Below, one piece after another: positions 37,940 through 47,656 of a DNA stretch of 64,000 nucleotides. The position numbers were made by a program, and so were the translations under genes. The DNA comes from a virus (taxonomy: Duplodnaviria > Caudoviricetes): IMG/VR virus record IMGVR_UViG_3300020577_007013, one strand, 5' to 3'. Every line of letters starts with the position of its first letter. Position 1 is the stretch's first letter. The notes under the pieces were generated by a model. The model did not search any database and was not told the DNA's origin. It worked only from the letters and a program-made list of their open reading frames with translations.

Positions 37940-39316
37940 CTACTCGTATTTAACACCGCAGACAGCACATTGTCCGACTTCTTGTGGGAAGCTCGTAACA
38001 GTTACACCGTCAGCAAAGTGACATGTTTCATCTGAGCAAGGCATTGTCGTGATGCCTTTCTTGAATTTAGGTACACCTTTCTCATTAAAGTTCTCGATAA
38101 TAGAGATGATCGTCGATTTGTCTTTATCTCCGAGTTTACCCCAACTCTTGAAGTTTTTAGCACATTGTTCTTCAAGTGTAAGACCTTCTGAGTTGACAAC
38201 TTTAAATTCTTCCTTTGACTCTTGAACTTGTCTCTTGACAAATGATTCTGATTCTTCAGGCTTAGGTGCTGTTGAGACTGCTGGTTTGTTAGCAGCTCTG
38301 TTTTCATCCCATTTTTTCTTTTCTTCAGAAGCGAGATGCTCGAGAATATCGTAATAGTTTGTGTTACAAACTGCATCCACAGCTTTGAAAAGATTCGGAA
38401 CTTTTTTCAGAAGCTTTGTATAGGTGGTCGTTGGGAAGATTTTATCAAGATCATATTTCTCATAAGCTTTTTCACTATCTGTGAGAGCTTCTAAATTTGC
38501 CAACTTTACAGATTCTTCAGAAATATATTTTTTGTCTGAACCGTCATAGACGTCATACTTTTTATTCTTACGATCTTTATTGATCACAAAGTCTTCGTCG
38601 TACCAACCCTTTCTGAATCTAGCTGTTTTCTCAATGATTTGATCGTACAGTTGACCGGGAATTCCTAGATCAGTAAAGTAGATAGGAACATTGTCCTTTT
38701 CACTATTCTTCCAAAAATTATGTTTAGAAGAGAGTAGTTTTGTATGAGAGTTCTCTTTGCAGTAATTGTCATGACGATCAATTACATTCATGACTACTCG
38801 TCTAGAGTATCTGAATCCAGGAGGATATTTGTCTCCAGCTTTTCTGTTAGAGTCTACTCTTTTATAAGCGTCAGTCTCGGTATGGAGATAAACCCATTGT
38901 CCAGTCTTTCCGTCTTTGACTACACCTTCTTCAAATTTCTCCCAACGTCTTGCCATAATTGCATCATACAATTTATGTAAGATCCATTCCTTGTCTACTT
39001 CTCCAGTCTCTCTTAAGAAACCATTCTCAAGAGTTTTGGTTTTTTGAGGCCAGTTAATTTTGACATAAGATTTTCCATCATCAGAAAGAATTTCTGAATG
39101 ATAAACTATCTTTGAGTCTGTTGGTGAAATTCTAAATTCAGCTGACTTACCTACGATACGAAAGACTTTTTCTTTCATGTCTTCTAAGCCTAACCATTCA
39201 GGTGCTTCGTAGTCTCGACTGTAGTTAGAAGTTGTTTTTTCTTTTTTCTTGTCTTTTTCTTTCTGACGCCTTTCGTAAATTGCTTTAAAGTCATCCATTG
39301 ACTCTGTATTTTCCAT
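37940..39316 (-). CDS. putative single-stranded DNA-binding protein (gp32-like) with C-terminal Zn finger
   Basis: FRIVG, VMNVIDR, YDLDKI patterns; upstream of recA; C-terminal CSDETC...CAVC. Confidence 0.55.
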   Translation of the reverse strand: MENTESMDDFKAIYERRQKEKDKKKEKTTSNYSRDYEAPEWLGLEDMKEKVFRIVGKSAEFRISPTDSKIVYHSEILSDDGKSYVKINWPQKTKTLENGFLRETGEVDKEWILHKLYDAIMARRWEKFEEGVVKDGKTGQWVYLHTETDAYKRVDSNRKAGDKYPPGFRYSRRVVMNVIDRHDNYCKENSHTKLLSSKHNFWKNSEKDNVPIYFTDLGIPGQLYDQIIEKTARFRKGWYDEDFVINKDRKNKKYDVYDGSDKKYISEESVKLANLEALTDSEKAYEKYDLDKIFPTTTYTKLLKKVPNLFKAVDAVCNTNYYDILEHLASEEKKKWDENRAANKPAVSTAPKPEESESFVKRQVQESKEEFKVVNSEGLTLEEQCAKNFKSWGKLGDKDKSTIISIIENFNEKGVPKFKKGITTMPCSDETCHFADGVTVTSFPQEVGQCAVCGVKYE

Positions 39317-39320
39317 TTTA

Positions 39321-39410
39321 TTCTCCTGTCACTGTTTTCATTTTTCCTGTCACATTTACTGTGACGACTGAGTTTTACAATTGTGACTTATTGTAAATGC
39401 TCAGTTAGCT
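39321..39410 (-). promoter_or_regulatory. structured 5' leader of SSB-like gene (hairpins, possible pseudoknot)
   Basis: ACTGAG..TTTACAAT/ATTGTAAA..CTCAGT stem with GTCAC in loop; two downstream GTGAC, one abutting the RBS. Confidence 0.55.
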
Positions 39411-39461
39411 ATCTATATTAGACTTTCCTGAGTTAAAGGAAAATTTAATATGAATAATTAG

Positions 39462-41621
39462 TTAGAGTTCTTTCGAAAAATCTATTTCGCAGGCGCCGCC
39501 TGCACAAGCTGCTGTCTGCGCAAGTTCTGTCTTGTCTTCTTTTTCCAATAATAGTGTATAGTCAACTGACTTGAAATCTTTTATTAAGTTATCCCATTTC
39601 TCTTTATCTTCTACTAAGACTCTTTCCATAGGTGGCTGCTGATATCCTTTATCTCCTGACTTAGGAAGAAGGGAGATTGCCGTAAAGAACTTTTGATTTT
39701 CGAAAATGTAATTCTCTACTTGTTCCCATTCATCAGTATCGACTTCAACAGTACAACTTACATTATGAGTAATGGGTTTTTTATTTGCTTCAGAAGTTCC
39801 AGGAATTACCCAATTTTCTTGAGTATTTTTTATGATATGGAGATGTTTCAATGCATCAAGATCATCTTTTACAAAAGATTTTTTAGGAATCTCAATTGGA
39901 AATGTTATGACATCATCCGTCTTAGTAGACGACCAAACAGATTCTTCGCACATGTGAGGATTGATTTTTTTGAATAATTTATAGGGATTCTCTTGTTTAT
40001 TGACTTGAACTCTTCTAAAATATTTGTGAGCATGGTGAGCATGAATTCCGGATGCTGATTTAAGAACTAAAGAACTCGAACCTTCGGGTTTAGTAGTAGT
40101 CACCCTAGCTGCTTGCTTAATGTAAATCTTAGCTGCCCATTCTTTGTTGACTTTCACAGCAAACTTTGATGCTGTATATTGATTCTTCTCATTAAGAAGA
40201 ATATTAGGATTATCCATATACCCTGTAATCGAGACCCCCAACAGAGCTTCATCTTCTGTAAGACGTTTTGCTACATTTGAAAGATAAGGAAAGTCAGTAT
40301 ATCCAGCTTGTAGTGTCCCAATTATTGTTGCAGCTTCAGAGCATTCTAAAAATTCTTCTAATGAAGTGACTTTTGCACCATTAATTGATGTCAAGTTACA
40401 AAATTGAACTCCACACTCACCATTTTCAGTTACAGGAACAAAGGAAATTTCGAAGCACGGATTAAAAAGTGAGTCTTCATGGTCTACGAATACGAAGCCA
40501 GGTTCTCCCCACATTTTTGTGTTTTCAATAACTGAATGGAGCTTGTCTTTAGAGAATTTTCCTCTCAAAAGTCTGACAGAATTATTCGACCTTGCTCTCC
40601 AAGGATAAATTCTATGCCATTGAATGACTTTCTCTTTTCTAAGACGTTTGTACTCATACTGAGAGATCTCCACTTCATATTTTCTTCCGTCTACAGTAAC
40701 ACTTCCCTGATATTTTTTCTTATCTTTATCAAAGATGAAGCCTCCTCTTTTTTCAACGGTAAACTCTGTCTTTGACTTCATCATATCAATATCTGACTCA
40801 TCAAAGATAACTGCAGTAGCGGCTCTTCTAATTCCACCACTAAGAACTGCGTCAGATGAATGCATTAAAATATCATAGACGTCTACTGATCTGACTCTTT
40901 TGAGTTTTTTGTATTCGATCACATAATCGAGATGTTCCTTAATTCTTTCCAAAGACTGTTTAAGTCCTTTGTATCCAGGAGCTTTTCCACCACCAGTTTT
41001 AAGTGGACTTCCTTTTTTTCTTATCTTAGAAAAGTCAAAGTTAATTTTTCTTCCTGTATAAGGAGTATTTTTGAAATAGCACATTAAAAGAGCTTCTAAA
41101 GAGTCAGCCCATCCTTCTATTGTGTCTTCAACAATATATGTGACTGTTGTTCCCTTCTTATCTGACTCGTCTACAAGATCTGGAAGTCTTGAAAGAAACT
41201 TTTCATTGATACCGTATGAGACTCCCGTACCACACAATAAAAGATAGAAGCTTTCTGAAAAAGCTCTTAAAGAATCCATGTGTCTTACTGCACAGTTGTA
41301 CATTCTGGCATTGTGAGCAAAGATCGCTTTACCGCCAAACTGCATTGATCTCATTGAAGGAACGACTCTCTTGTCTCTCACTAAAGTAAAAGCCCATTTT
41401 ATTTTGTCTAAACTTTCTTTGTCTAACCAAGAGTATTTCTCTAAATGCATAGAGAGAACTCTATCTACAGCTTCATCCCAAGTCTCTCTTCTCTGTTTGT
41501 CTTCTAAGTATCTCGCATACTTTGATGTGAAAATAAATTTTGAGATTTCCTCTAATGAGTCGATTGACTCAATCGATTTATTTTGAGTTTCTGTTATCAT
41601 GTTTTCTATATCCGTTAGCAT
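39462..41621 (-). CDS. nrdJ: class II (adenosylcobalamin-dependent) ribonucleotide reductase
   Basis: RRETWDE, PSMR, YNC, NPCFEI, KPEGS, C-terminal ACAGGACE; start ATG 41621 or next ATG. Confidence 0.92.
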   Translation of the reverse strand: MLTDIENMITETQNKSIESIDSLEEISKFIFTSKYARYLEDKQRRETWDEAVDRVLSMHLEKYSWLDKESLDKIKWAFTLVRDKRVVPSMRSMQFGGKAIFAHNARMYNCAVRHMDSLRAFSESFYLLLCGTGVSYGINEKFLSRLPDLVDESDKKGTTVTYIVEDTIEGWADSLEALLMCYFKNTPYTGRKINFDFSKIRKKGSPLKTGGGKAPGYKGLKQSLERIKEHLDYVIEYKKLKRVRSVDVYDILMHSSDAVLSGGIRRAATAVIFDESDIDMMKSKTEFTVEKRGGFIFDKDKKKYQGSVTVDGRKYEVEISQYEYKRLRKEKVIQWHRIYPWRARSNNSVRLLRGKFSKDKLHSVIENTKMWGEPGFVFVDHEDSLFNPCFEISFVPVTENGECGVQFCNLTSINGAKVTSLEEFLECSEAATIIGTLQAGYTDFPYLSNVAKRLTEDEALLGVSITGYMDNPNILLNEKNQYTASKFAVKVNKEWAAKIYIKQAARVTTTKPEGSSSLVLKSASGIHAHHAHKYFRRVQVNKQENPYKLFKKINPHMCEESVWSSTKTDDVITFPIEIPKKSFVKDDLDALKHLHIIKNTQENWVIPGTSEANKKPITHNVSCTVEVDTDEWEQVENYIFENQKFFTAISLLPKSGDKGYQQPPMERVLVEDKEKWDNLIKDFKSVDYTLLLEKEDKTELAQTAACAGGACEIDFSKEL

Positions 41622-41649
41622 AATTTGAAATAAATTAGTTAGAAAAAGT

Positions 41650-42381
41650 CTATTCAAAAAGATTTTTGAATTTATCTTTTTTTACATATTTGACAGAGTC
41701 TTCAAATTTGAGAAGCACAAAATTCCTATCAATGAGTTCGAACATCGATTTACCGTAAATATTATGTACCTCTAATGGGAGAATATTTGAAGTCACTATT
41801 ACTCTCACTTGTCTTGAGAGGATGTCTCTGAAAAATGCATCCCAAGCAGAGATAATTAAGTTTTTGCTTTCCTCTCTTCTCCACATAATTGATTTTGTCA
41901 CGTCAAAACAATCATCGATTACCAATAGATCACAATTTCTGTATTCAGCAATCTTTGCTTTTGACTCGTCTTCAGAGCCGTATCCTGATTGTTTGAGAAG
42001 AACTTCTGCCAATGACCCAGCTAAAGTAAATCTAACATGAAGTCCTTTCCTTATAAATTCCTTCGCTATCGAACAAGCGACTGTTGTCTTTCCTGAAGAG
42101 TTTCCACCATAGAGATATAGAGAGACATCGTGGAATTTTTCTGCTTTGCATTCATTTGCATATTTAATGCAGTTCTCTACTTGAGGTTTCGACTTATCCC
42201 AAGGAAATGAGTTAAAATCAAGATCCCAATAATCATTAGGAATCCCACTCAATCCTAGAAAATAATTGAATTTCTCTCTTTGAATTTTTTCTTTCCATTC
42301 TGGATTAAGCTCAGCTGTGAGCTCTCCGTTAATTTCCCTATATATGTATCTCTCAATCTCTTTATTTTGAGTATTGCTCAA
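41650..42381 (-). CDS. DnaC/IstB-like helicase loader ATPase
   Basis: LYLYGGNSSGKT, DLLVIDD, IVTSN, DR finger. Confidence 0.85.
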   Translation of the reverse strand: MSNTQNKEIERYIYREINGELTAELNPEWKEKIQREKFNYFLGLSGIPNDYWDLDFNSFPWDKSKPQVENCIKYANECKAEKFHDVSLYLYGGNSSGKTTVACSIAKEFIRKGLHVRFTLAGSLAEVLLKQSGYGSEDESKAKIAEYRNCDLLVIDDCFDVTKSIMWRREESKNLIISAWDAFFRDILSRQVRVIVTSNILPLEVHNIYGKSMFELIDRNFVLLKFEDSVKYVKKDKFKNLFE

Positions 42382-42811
42382 AGTCTACTCCTATTGCCAT
42401 ATATCTCTCAAGTAAAGTCGCTAAAGCTTTACTAAGCTCATCGACAGTCAAATCATTTATCGAAGGAACCGAGTCAATTTGAAGATCCCCTATTTTTATT
42501 TTTCTCACTGGAAAAATTGATTTTTTCAGTTCTTCGTGAAGTGCTCTACGATTCTGAGCGTCGAAAATTGTACCATCCCTTTTGGCATAAAAATCTAAGA
42601 TTGCCCCAACACAACAGAACCATTTTCTATGCTGTCTTACAGTTCTCGAGTCTACAGAAGACTTCGTTTTCTTAAGAGATGATTTGATTACGGATTTGTC
42701 TTCATAACATTTCTCTATATATTCGAAAAGATCATCATCAAAGAATGATAAGTCAAGCTCTATCGTTCCCTTGACTTTATCAAATTTAGATATCTTAGAA
42801 AGAAAGTCCAT
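42362..42811 (-). CDS. NinB/DUF1367-like protein
   Basis: RTVRQHRKWF...LHEELK...SINDLTVDE. Confidence 0.5.
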   Translation of the reverse strand: MDFLSKISKFDKVKGTIELDLSFFDDDLFEYIEKCYEDKSVIKSSLKKTKSSVDSRTVRQHRKWFCCVGAILDFYAKRDGTIFDAQNRRALHEELKKSIFPVRKIKIGDLQIDSVPSINDLTVDELSKALATLLERYMAIGVDFEQYSK

Positions 42812-43095
42812 TAAAACTCTATCGTTCCTGTAGATTCGTAGACAATAAGCTTGTCAGTAAGCTCTCTCGAAAGATTATGAATCTCTAAAATTGTAAGAGA
42901 CTCTTTTCGAGAGTATGGGAAACAAAGAGCTCGTATTGATTTTTTCACACAAAGAAGATTTCTTTCATGTTCAGTAAGAACTGTGTCATTCTCTATTTGT
43001 TCATTAAAATTTTTGACAAGCTCCTTAAACGTATCTATGAAAACCATAGGGTCTTTTTCCCAAGTCTCTCTTAATGTGATTGTCTCAAGTGCCAT
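42811..43095 (-). CDS. hypothetical protein
   Basis: 94 aa, coupled overlaps. Confidence 0.65.
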   Translation of the reverse strand: MALETITLRETWEKDPMVFIDTFKELVKNFNEQIENDTVLTEHERNLLCVKKSIRALCFPYSRKESLTILEIHNLSRELTDKLIVYESTGTIEF

Positions 43096-44950
43096 TTAGC
43101 AGCCTACTGATGTCTTCTTCAGAAAGTTCTTTATTGAGATAAGAATCATTAAACTCAGCTCTACTAAGATTTCTATTGACCCTAACTGCGTCAATCGTGT
43201 CATCAAAAACAAAGATTGTCACGATTGTGTCCTTTTCTGAAGTAATTCGATAAGTTCTGTCGAGTGCTTGTCGATAGTCTGTAGTATTCCAAGGAGTGGT
43301 GAAGAAGACCACTTTGTGTGATCCTTTTTGGAGATTGATCCCAGTACTTGAAGTGAGAGATGAAAGGAGAATAAGTTTACACTCAGAATTCCTGTCATTA
43401 AAGATGTCTTGAGCTGACTGTCGTTCTTGCTCTGTGGTGTTTTTGCTTCCATGAATTGTGATTGGTTTGTATTTATAATAACGTTCTTCCAACATGTCTA
43501 AAGTTAGTGGATGAGTGTCAAAGACTACGACCTTTTCATTACAGTCTTCTATGCTCTCTCTTAAATACTCATCTAAGAACTCAAGCCTAGGATCATCTGA
43601 AAAGTCATATCTCGAAAGAAGCTTATTAATGTAGTCATTTCTTGATTTTGCTTCTAGAAGTAAAGTGTTATCAACCGTTTGACACACCTTGGTAAAGTAT
43701 TTGAAGATATTTCCTGTTGTAATTCTTCTACCATTTGCTTTATTTTCTGCAGTCTCTTGATTTGAAAAGTATTCATATATTTGCTTTTGGATAGGGTTCA
43801 GTTCTACATAAAGTTTCTTGACAATTCTCCTAGTCTTCATTTCTGGAAGGTCTTCTTTGATCCTCTTAATGCAATTCATTTTAAGTCGATCTTTGTATTC
43901 AAGAATCTTCTGTTCATTATAGGACTGAATAGCCCAAGGATTAAACGGATCTCCGATTCTCTTAGCAATTGAGATAAGAAATGAGCCTTCAGTTTGATTA
44001 AAAATGAAGGGGTCAAGTAACTTCATCTGGAAGTAAAACTCTTCAAAACGATTGATTGAAGGAGTCCCTGACAAAAATCCTCTGTAATCGAATTCTGATA
44101 TGAAGCATTCGATAGCTTTGCTCATTGTAGCATTTGAGTTCTTAAAGCAATGAGCCTCGTCTATGATAAGCTGAATACTTTTCTTTTTCCATTTATCTTT
44201 AATTGAAAAATACTTCCTACTCCATCTCCTATCAGAATTATTGATTCTTTTAAGTTTTCCTTTTTTCTTGTCGAATTTCTTCTGTTGCTTTCTATAAGAG
44301 ACCATAATATCAGCAACCAGATGATTTGGAGTTATAATGAGTTTTTTATCAATAGCATTCTCAAAAAGATTCTTCTTATTCTCGTTATTGACGAGTAGTA
44401 TGTCTTCTTTCTTGAAGACATTTGAAAACATGAGAGTCTCTTTAAGCCAATGATACGAAAGACCATTTTTTGAAATTAAGAAAATTGCATCGATTTTCCC
44501 TTCTTTGAAAAGTTGAGACATGACGGTTATGGTCTCAATCGATTTTCCGAGTCCACAATCCAACATATTGTAGAATCTAGTGCGTCCAAGAAAAAACTTT
44601 ATGTCTTCCTTTTGATAGTCAAAAAGTTGAGTTCCTTCAGTCAGAACTGATTCATCTAACTGAGCTCCTCTAAAAAATTGGGTTTCTCTTTTATAAAGAG
44701 ATGTTTCTAGTCTCTTTGCTTCGTCAAAGACTCCCCTATTCTTATATTGAATTTCCCATTTGAAATAGTCACACCAATGTATGAACTCTAAAAATGAGTC
44801 TCTTTTGAAGATGTGACAGTCTAGGTCTTTATCATATTTAAAGTAAAGTACAGATGAAAGAACTTTGAAATCTTCAAAATCATAGAATGCGTAGTTTACT
44901 TTATCTTTGTAGACATAAAAAAGGGAGTTTGAATGGTCAACAATGAACAT
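43085..44950 (-). CDS. SNF2-family helicase
   Basis: LFDYQ, CGLGKS, IIDEAH, LSGTP, GINLQ, QALDRTYR. Confidence 0.92.
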   Translation of the reverse strand: MFIVDHSNSLFYVYKDKVNYAFYDFEDFKVLSSVLYFKYDKDLDCHIFKRDSFLEFIHWCDYFKWEIQYKNRGVFDEAKRLETSLYKRETQFFRGAQLDESVLTEGTQLFDYQKEDIKFFLGRTRFYNMLDCGLGKSIETITVMSQLFKEGKIDAIFLISKNGLSYHWLKETLMFSNVFKKEDILLVNNENKKNLFENAIDKKLIITPNHLVADIMVSYRKQQKKFDKKKGKLKRINNSDRRWSRKYFSIKDKWKKKSIQLIIDEAHCFKNSNATMSKAIECFISEFDYRGFLSGTPSINRFEEFYFQMKLLDPFIFNQTEGSFLISIAKRIGDPFNPWAIQSYNEQKILEYKDRLKMNCIKRIKEDLPEMKTRRIVKKLYVELNPIQKQIYEYFSNQETAENKANGRRITTGNIFKYFTKVCQTVDNTLLLEAKSRNDYINKLLSRYDFSDDPRLEFLDEYLRESIEDCNEKVVVFDTHPLTLDMLEERYYKYKPITIHGSKNTTEQERQSAQDIFNDRNSECKLILLSSLTSSTGINLQKGSHKVVFFTTPWNTTDYRQALDRTYRITSEKDTIVTIFVFDDTIDAVRVNRNLSRAEFNDSYLNKELSEEDISRLLNGT

Positions 44951-44953
44951 AGT

Positions 44954-47656
44954 CTATGCTGCATTTGGATATCTTGTCCAAAGTTTTTCATTTCTTAGAT
45001 TGATACGTTCGACCATCTGTTTAAATTCATCAGGATTTTTTTTCCAATATTCATGCTTCTTTCCAAATCCCCAGATCTCACCGTATTTGATCTCAGCTTT
45101 TAACTTGACTTTACTACCTAACCGATTCTCATAATATTTTCTCGACATGCATTCTTTGAGAATTTCTACTACTTCGTCAAGTTCAGGAACGTAAGTCTCG
45201 ACTAGAATTGAGTCATGAACATTAGAAAGAACTCTCGATCTAAAATCTCTCTTTCTAAATTCCTCTCTAATCGAGCACATTGCTAAGAGACATGTTTGAC
45301 CAGAAGATCCTTGAATAGGAGCATTAATGACTCCATTCATCATAGAGTTCATCCGTTTACGTCTGTCTTTATTATTGCCATCTCTACCAATATAAGTCAA
45401 TTCAGGAAATCTTCTTTTCTTTCCTGTAAGAGTCTTGACCCAACCTACTTTTTTAGCTTGAGTCCTAAAGTCATCCATATATTTTTTGAATTCAGGATAC
45501 GTCTCATAGAAGACTTGAAGAAAAAGTTTAGCTGTTTCGATGTCTACACCAAGATTCGACTGTAATCCGAATTCAGTAGATCCATATAGACACGAAAAAA
45601 TAGTTGACTTTCCTTGACCTCGAATCTTTACAAATTCAGGTATCTCATCAATTTTAGCATATTGAAAGATTTCTTCGTATGTGTAAAATTTTCCAGTTTG
45701 TGGATTTATTTTACCTAATGCTTTCATCATCTGAGATGCAAGAAATGAGTGCATGTCCTTACCTAAAAGTAAGTTTTCTTCCAATGGTCCAGTACCACTA
45801 ATTTGAGAAGCTTGTCCTACTTCCATGCCTTCATAGTCAGCTTCTATAAAGACATGATCTTTAATCGGAAGAAATAGTTTACGAAAAGCTTCTTTCTTTG
45901 TAAAATTCTGAAAGTTAACTGAAGATCTCAGACCACCTCTAGAAGCCATCCTTCCAGTGTCTGTACCTCCTAAGTCAAATCCACCATGAAGTCGATTATC
46001 ATAGACAGAAGCTAAGAATCCGTCTTGTTCTTCTATTGGAACATCTATTAAGTCTTCATCTATTTCGAATAAAACTTTTTGCTTAAATTCCTCTTTAATG
46101 GTCTTATTTTTCTCTGCTTCAGCATCTCTAATTTGTGAGAGTTCTTTTTGTATATGATAGTAATGAGAGATCTTTTTAGCTAATGGAAATCCTTTCTCAG
46201 CATACATATCCATGATGTCTCTACCGAGTTGAAGATCTCCAGTTTTCGTTCTTAATTCATTTCCTTCTTCATCTTTAAGAACTTTGAAACCAGGAACTTT
46301 CTCTAAGACTTTCGTAAGTTCTTTCTTACTATTGAGATTAAAAGATCTTCCAGCAAGCTTATAGATTTCGTCTTCAATTTCTCTGGCTTCTTTTTTCATT
46401 GAGTCAGCATATTCATTAAGATAGACACGATCCAACTGAATTCCAGTATATTCGACCTCAATGATCATGTCAGTTGCCTTCATCATGACATTATAGAAAT
46501 TGTTTCTCACGTCTTCGTCTTCTTCTAAGAGTCGTTTTTCAAAATATTTCTTAAGAATATAGGTAATTATCGCATCTGTACAAGCGTATTCTAAAAGAAT
46601 GTTAATCGGTACTTTTGTAAAATTTTTCCTGACTTCCTCATCATTTAGAGATTTCTTCAACTTCGTCTCATAACCACCATACTTTGTGAAAATCCAAGTG
46701 TTCGGTTTTAGACCTTTTGGTTTATTCTCATTGAGAATGTAGGAAGCATACATTGTGTCAAAATCATTTCTAGCATTATGTATACCATTAGCTTTCAAGA
46801 ATTTTACGTCGAATTGTCCATTCTGAAAAATGAAACAAATTCTTTTTAATGCGAAAAGCTGAATGAGAAGATCTTTATCGATGTCTTTGAAAAAAGCAAA
46901 ATGTCCGTCAGTCTCATTAAATGCAAATTGTATACTGTATAATTCATCTCTATAGTAATCTAATCCCGAAGTCTCGATATCGACAGATAAGTCTATGATT
47001 GATTCATCTGCTATGATTTTTCTAATGAACTCATTGGGATCTTCTAATTTAATATAATTGAGTTTCGGAATTCTTGCTTTCGGTTGAATTGCTAATTCAC
47101 ATGCTAGTTGAATTTGTTTTTTTGTATGATCAAATTCAAATACGTCCAATATAGCGTTATTGCTATTCCATGTAAATAAAGCAGGGAGTGGAACCACGTT
47201 ACATTTGAACTCAGGAGAATAAAGATATTTCTCATCCTTATGAAGAGAAAAGAAATGATCAGGCTTGAGATCTTTCATTTCAGTAATTGTATAAAGAGAA
47301 CGTCCAGTAGTCACAATTACTTTCGGATTGTATTCGAGAATTCTTTTCTTAATGTTTGCTGCTTTACAAGTAGAATAAGTATTTACTGTATCTCCTGAAC
47401 TAAATCCTTTCGGAGTACAACCGAGACCAGGAATTATTGCATACTTGAATTTGTCTTTTAGTGTATGTCTGACAAGAGAAGCAAAATTTTTATTTAGATT
47501 GTCTCTTTCTTTGAATTCTAGAAGAAAAAGAATATCGACTTCTCCGGTCTTCTCACCATCAAATGTCTGATTGTAAGTATACTCGAATATTGCTTCCTTA
47601 TTCGCTGCACAATGACAGTTCGCTACAAATTGTCTTTTGAAAAAATCTTGTTTCAT
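44954..47656 (-). CDS. polA: family A DNA polymerase with N-terminal UDG-fold domain and 3'-5' exonuclease
   Basis: YNPKVIVTTG (UDG-like), VDIETSGLD, QNGQFD, DTM, TGRMAS, EADY, INAPIQGS, VHDS. Confidence 0.93.
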   Translation of the reverse strand: MKQDFFKRQFVANCHCAANKEAIFEYTYNQTFDGEKTGEVDILFLLEFKERDNLNKNFASLVRHTLKDKFKYAIIPGLGCTPKGFSSGDTVNTYSTCKAANIKKRILEYNPKVIVTTGRSLYTITEMKDLKPDHFFSLHKDEKYLYSPEFKCNVVPLPALFTWNSNNAILDVFEFDHTKKQIQLACELAIQPKARIPKLNYIKLEDPNEFIRKIIADESIIDLSVDIETSGLDYYRDELYSIQFAFNETDGHFAFFKDIDKDLLIQLFALKRICFIFQNGQFDVKFLKANGIHNARNDFDTMYASYILNENKPKGLKPNTWIFTKYGGYETKLKKSLNDEEVRKNFTKVPINILLEYACTDAIITYILKKYFEKRLLEEDEDVRNNFYNVMMKATDMIIEVEYTGIQLDRVYLNEYADSMKKEAREIEDEIYKLAGRSFNLNSKKELTKVLEKVPGFKVLKDEEGNELRTKTGDLQLGRDIMDMYAEKGFPLAKKISHYYHIQKELSQIRDAEAEKNKTIKEEFKQKVLFEIDEDLIDVPIEEQDGFLASVYDNRLHGGFDLGGTDTGRMASRGGLRSSVNFQNFTKKEAFRKLFLPIKDHVFIEADYEGMEVGQASQISGTGPLEENLLLGKDMHSFLASQMMKALGKINPQTGKFYTYEEIFQYAKIDEIPEFVKIRGQGKSTIFSCLYGSTEFGLQSNLGVDIETAKLFLQVFYETYPEFKKYMDDFRTQAKKVGWVKTLTGKKRRFPELTYIGRDGNNKDRRKRMNSMMNGVINAPIQGSSGQTCLLAMCSIREEFRKRDFRSRVLSNVHDSILVETYVPELDEVVEILKECMSRKYYENRLGSKVKLKAEIKYGEIWGFGKKHEYWKKNPDEFKQMVERINLRNEKLWTRYPNAA

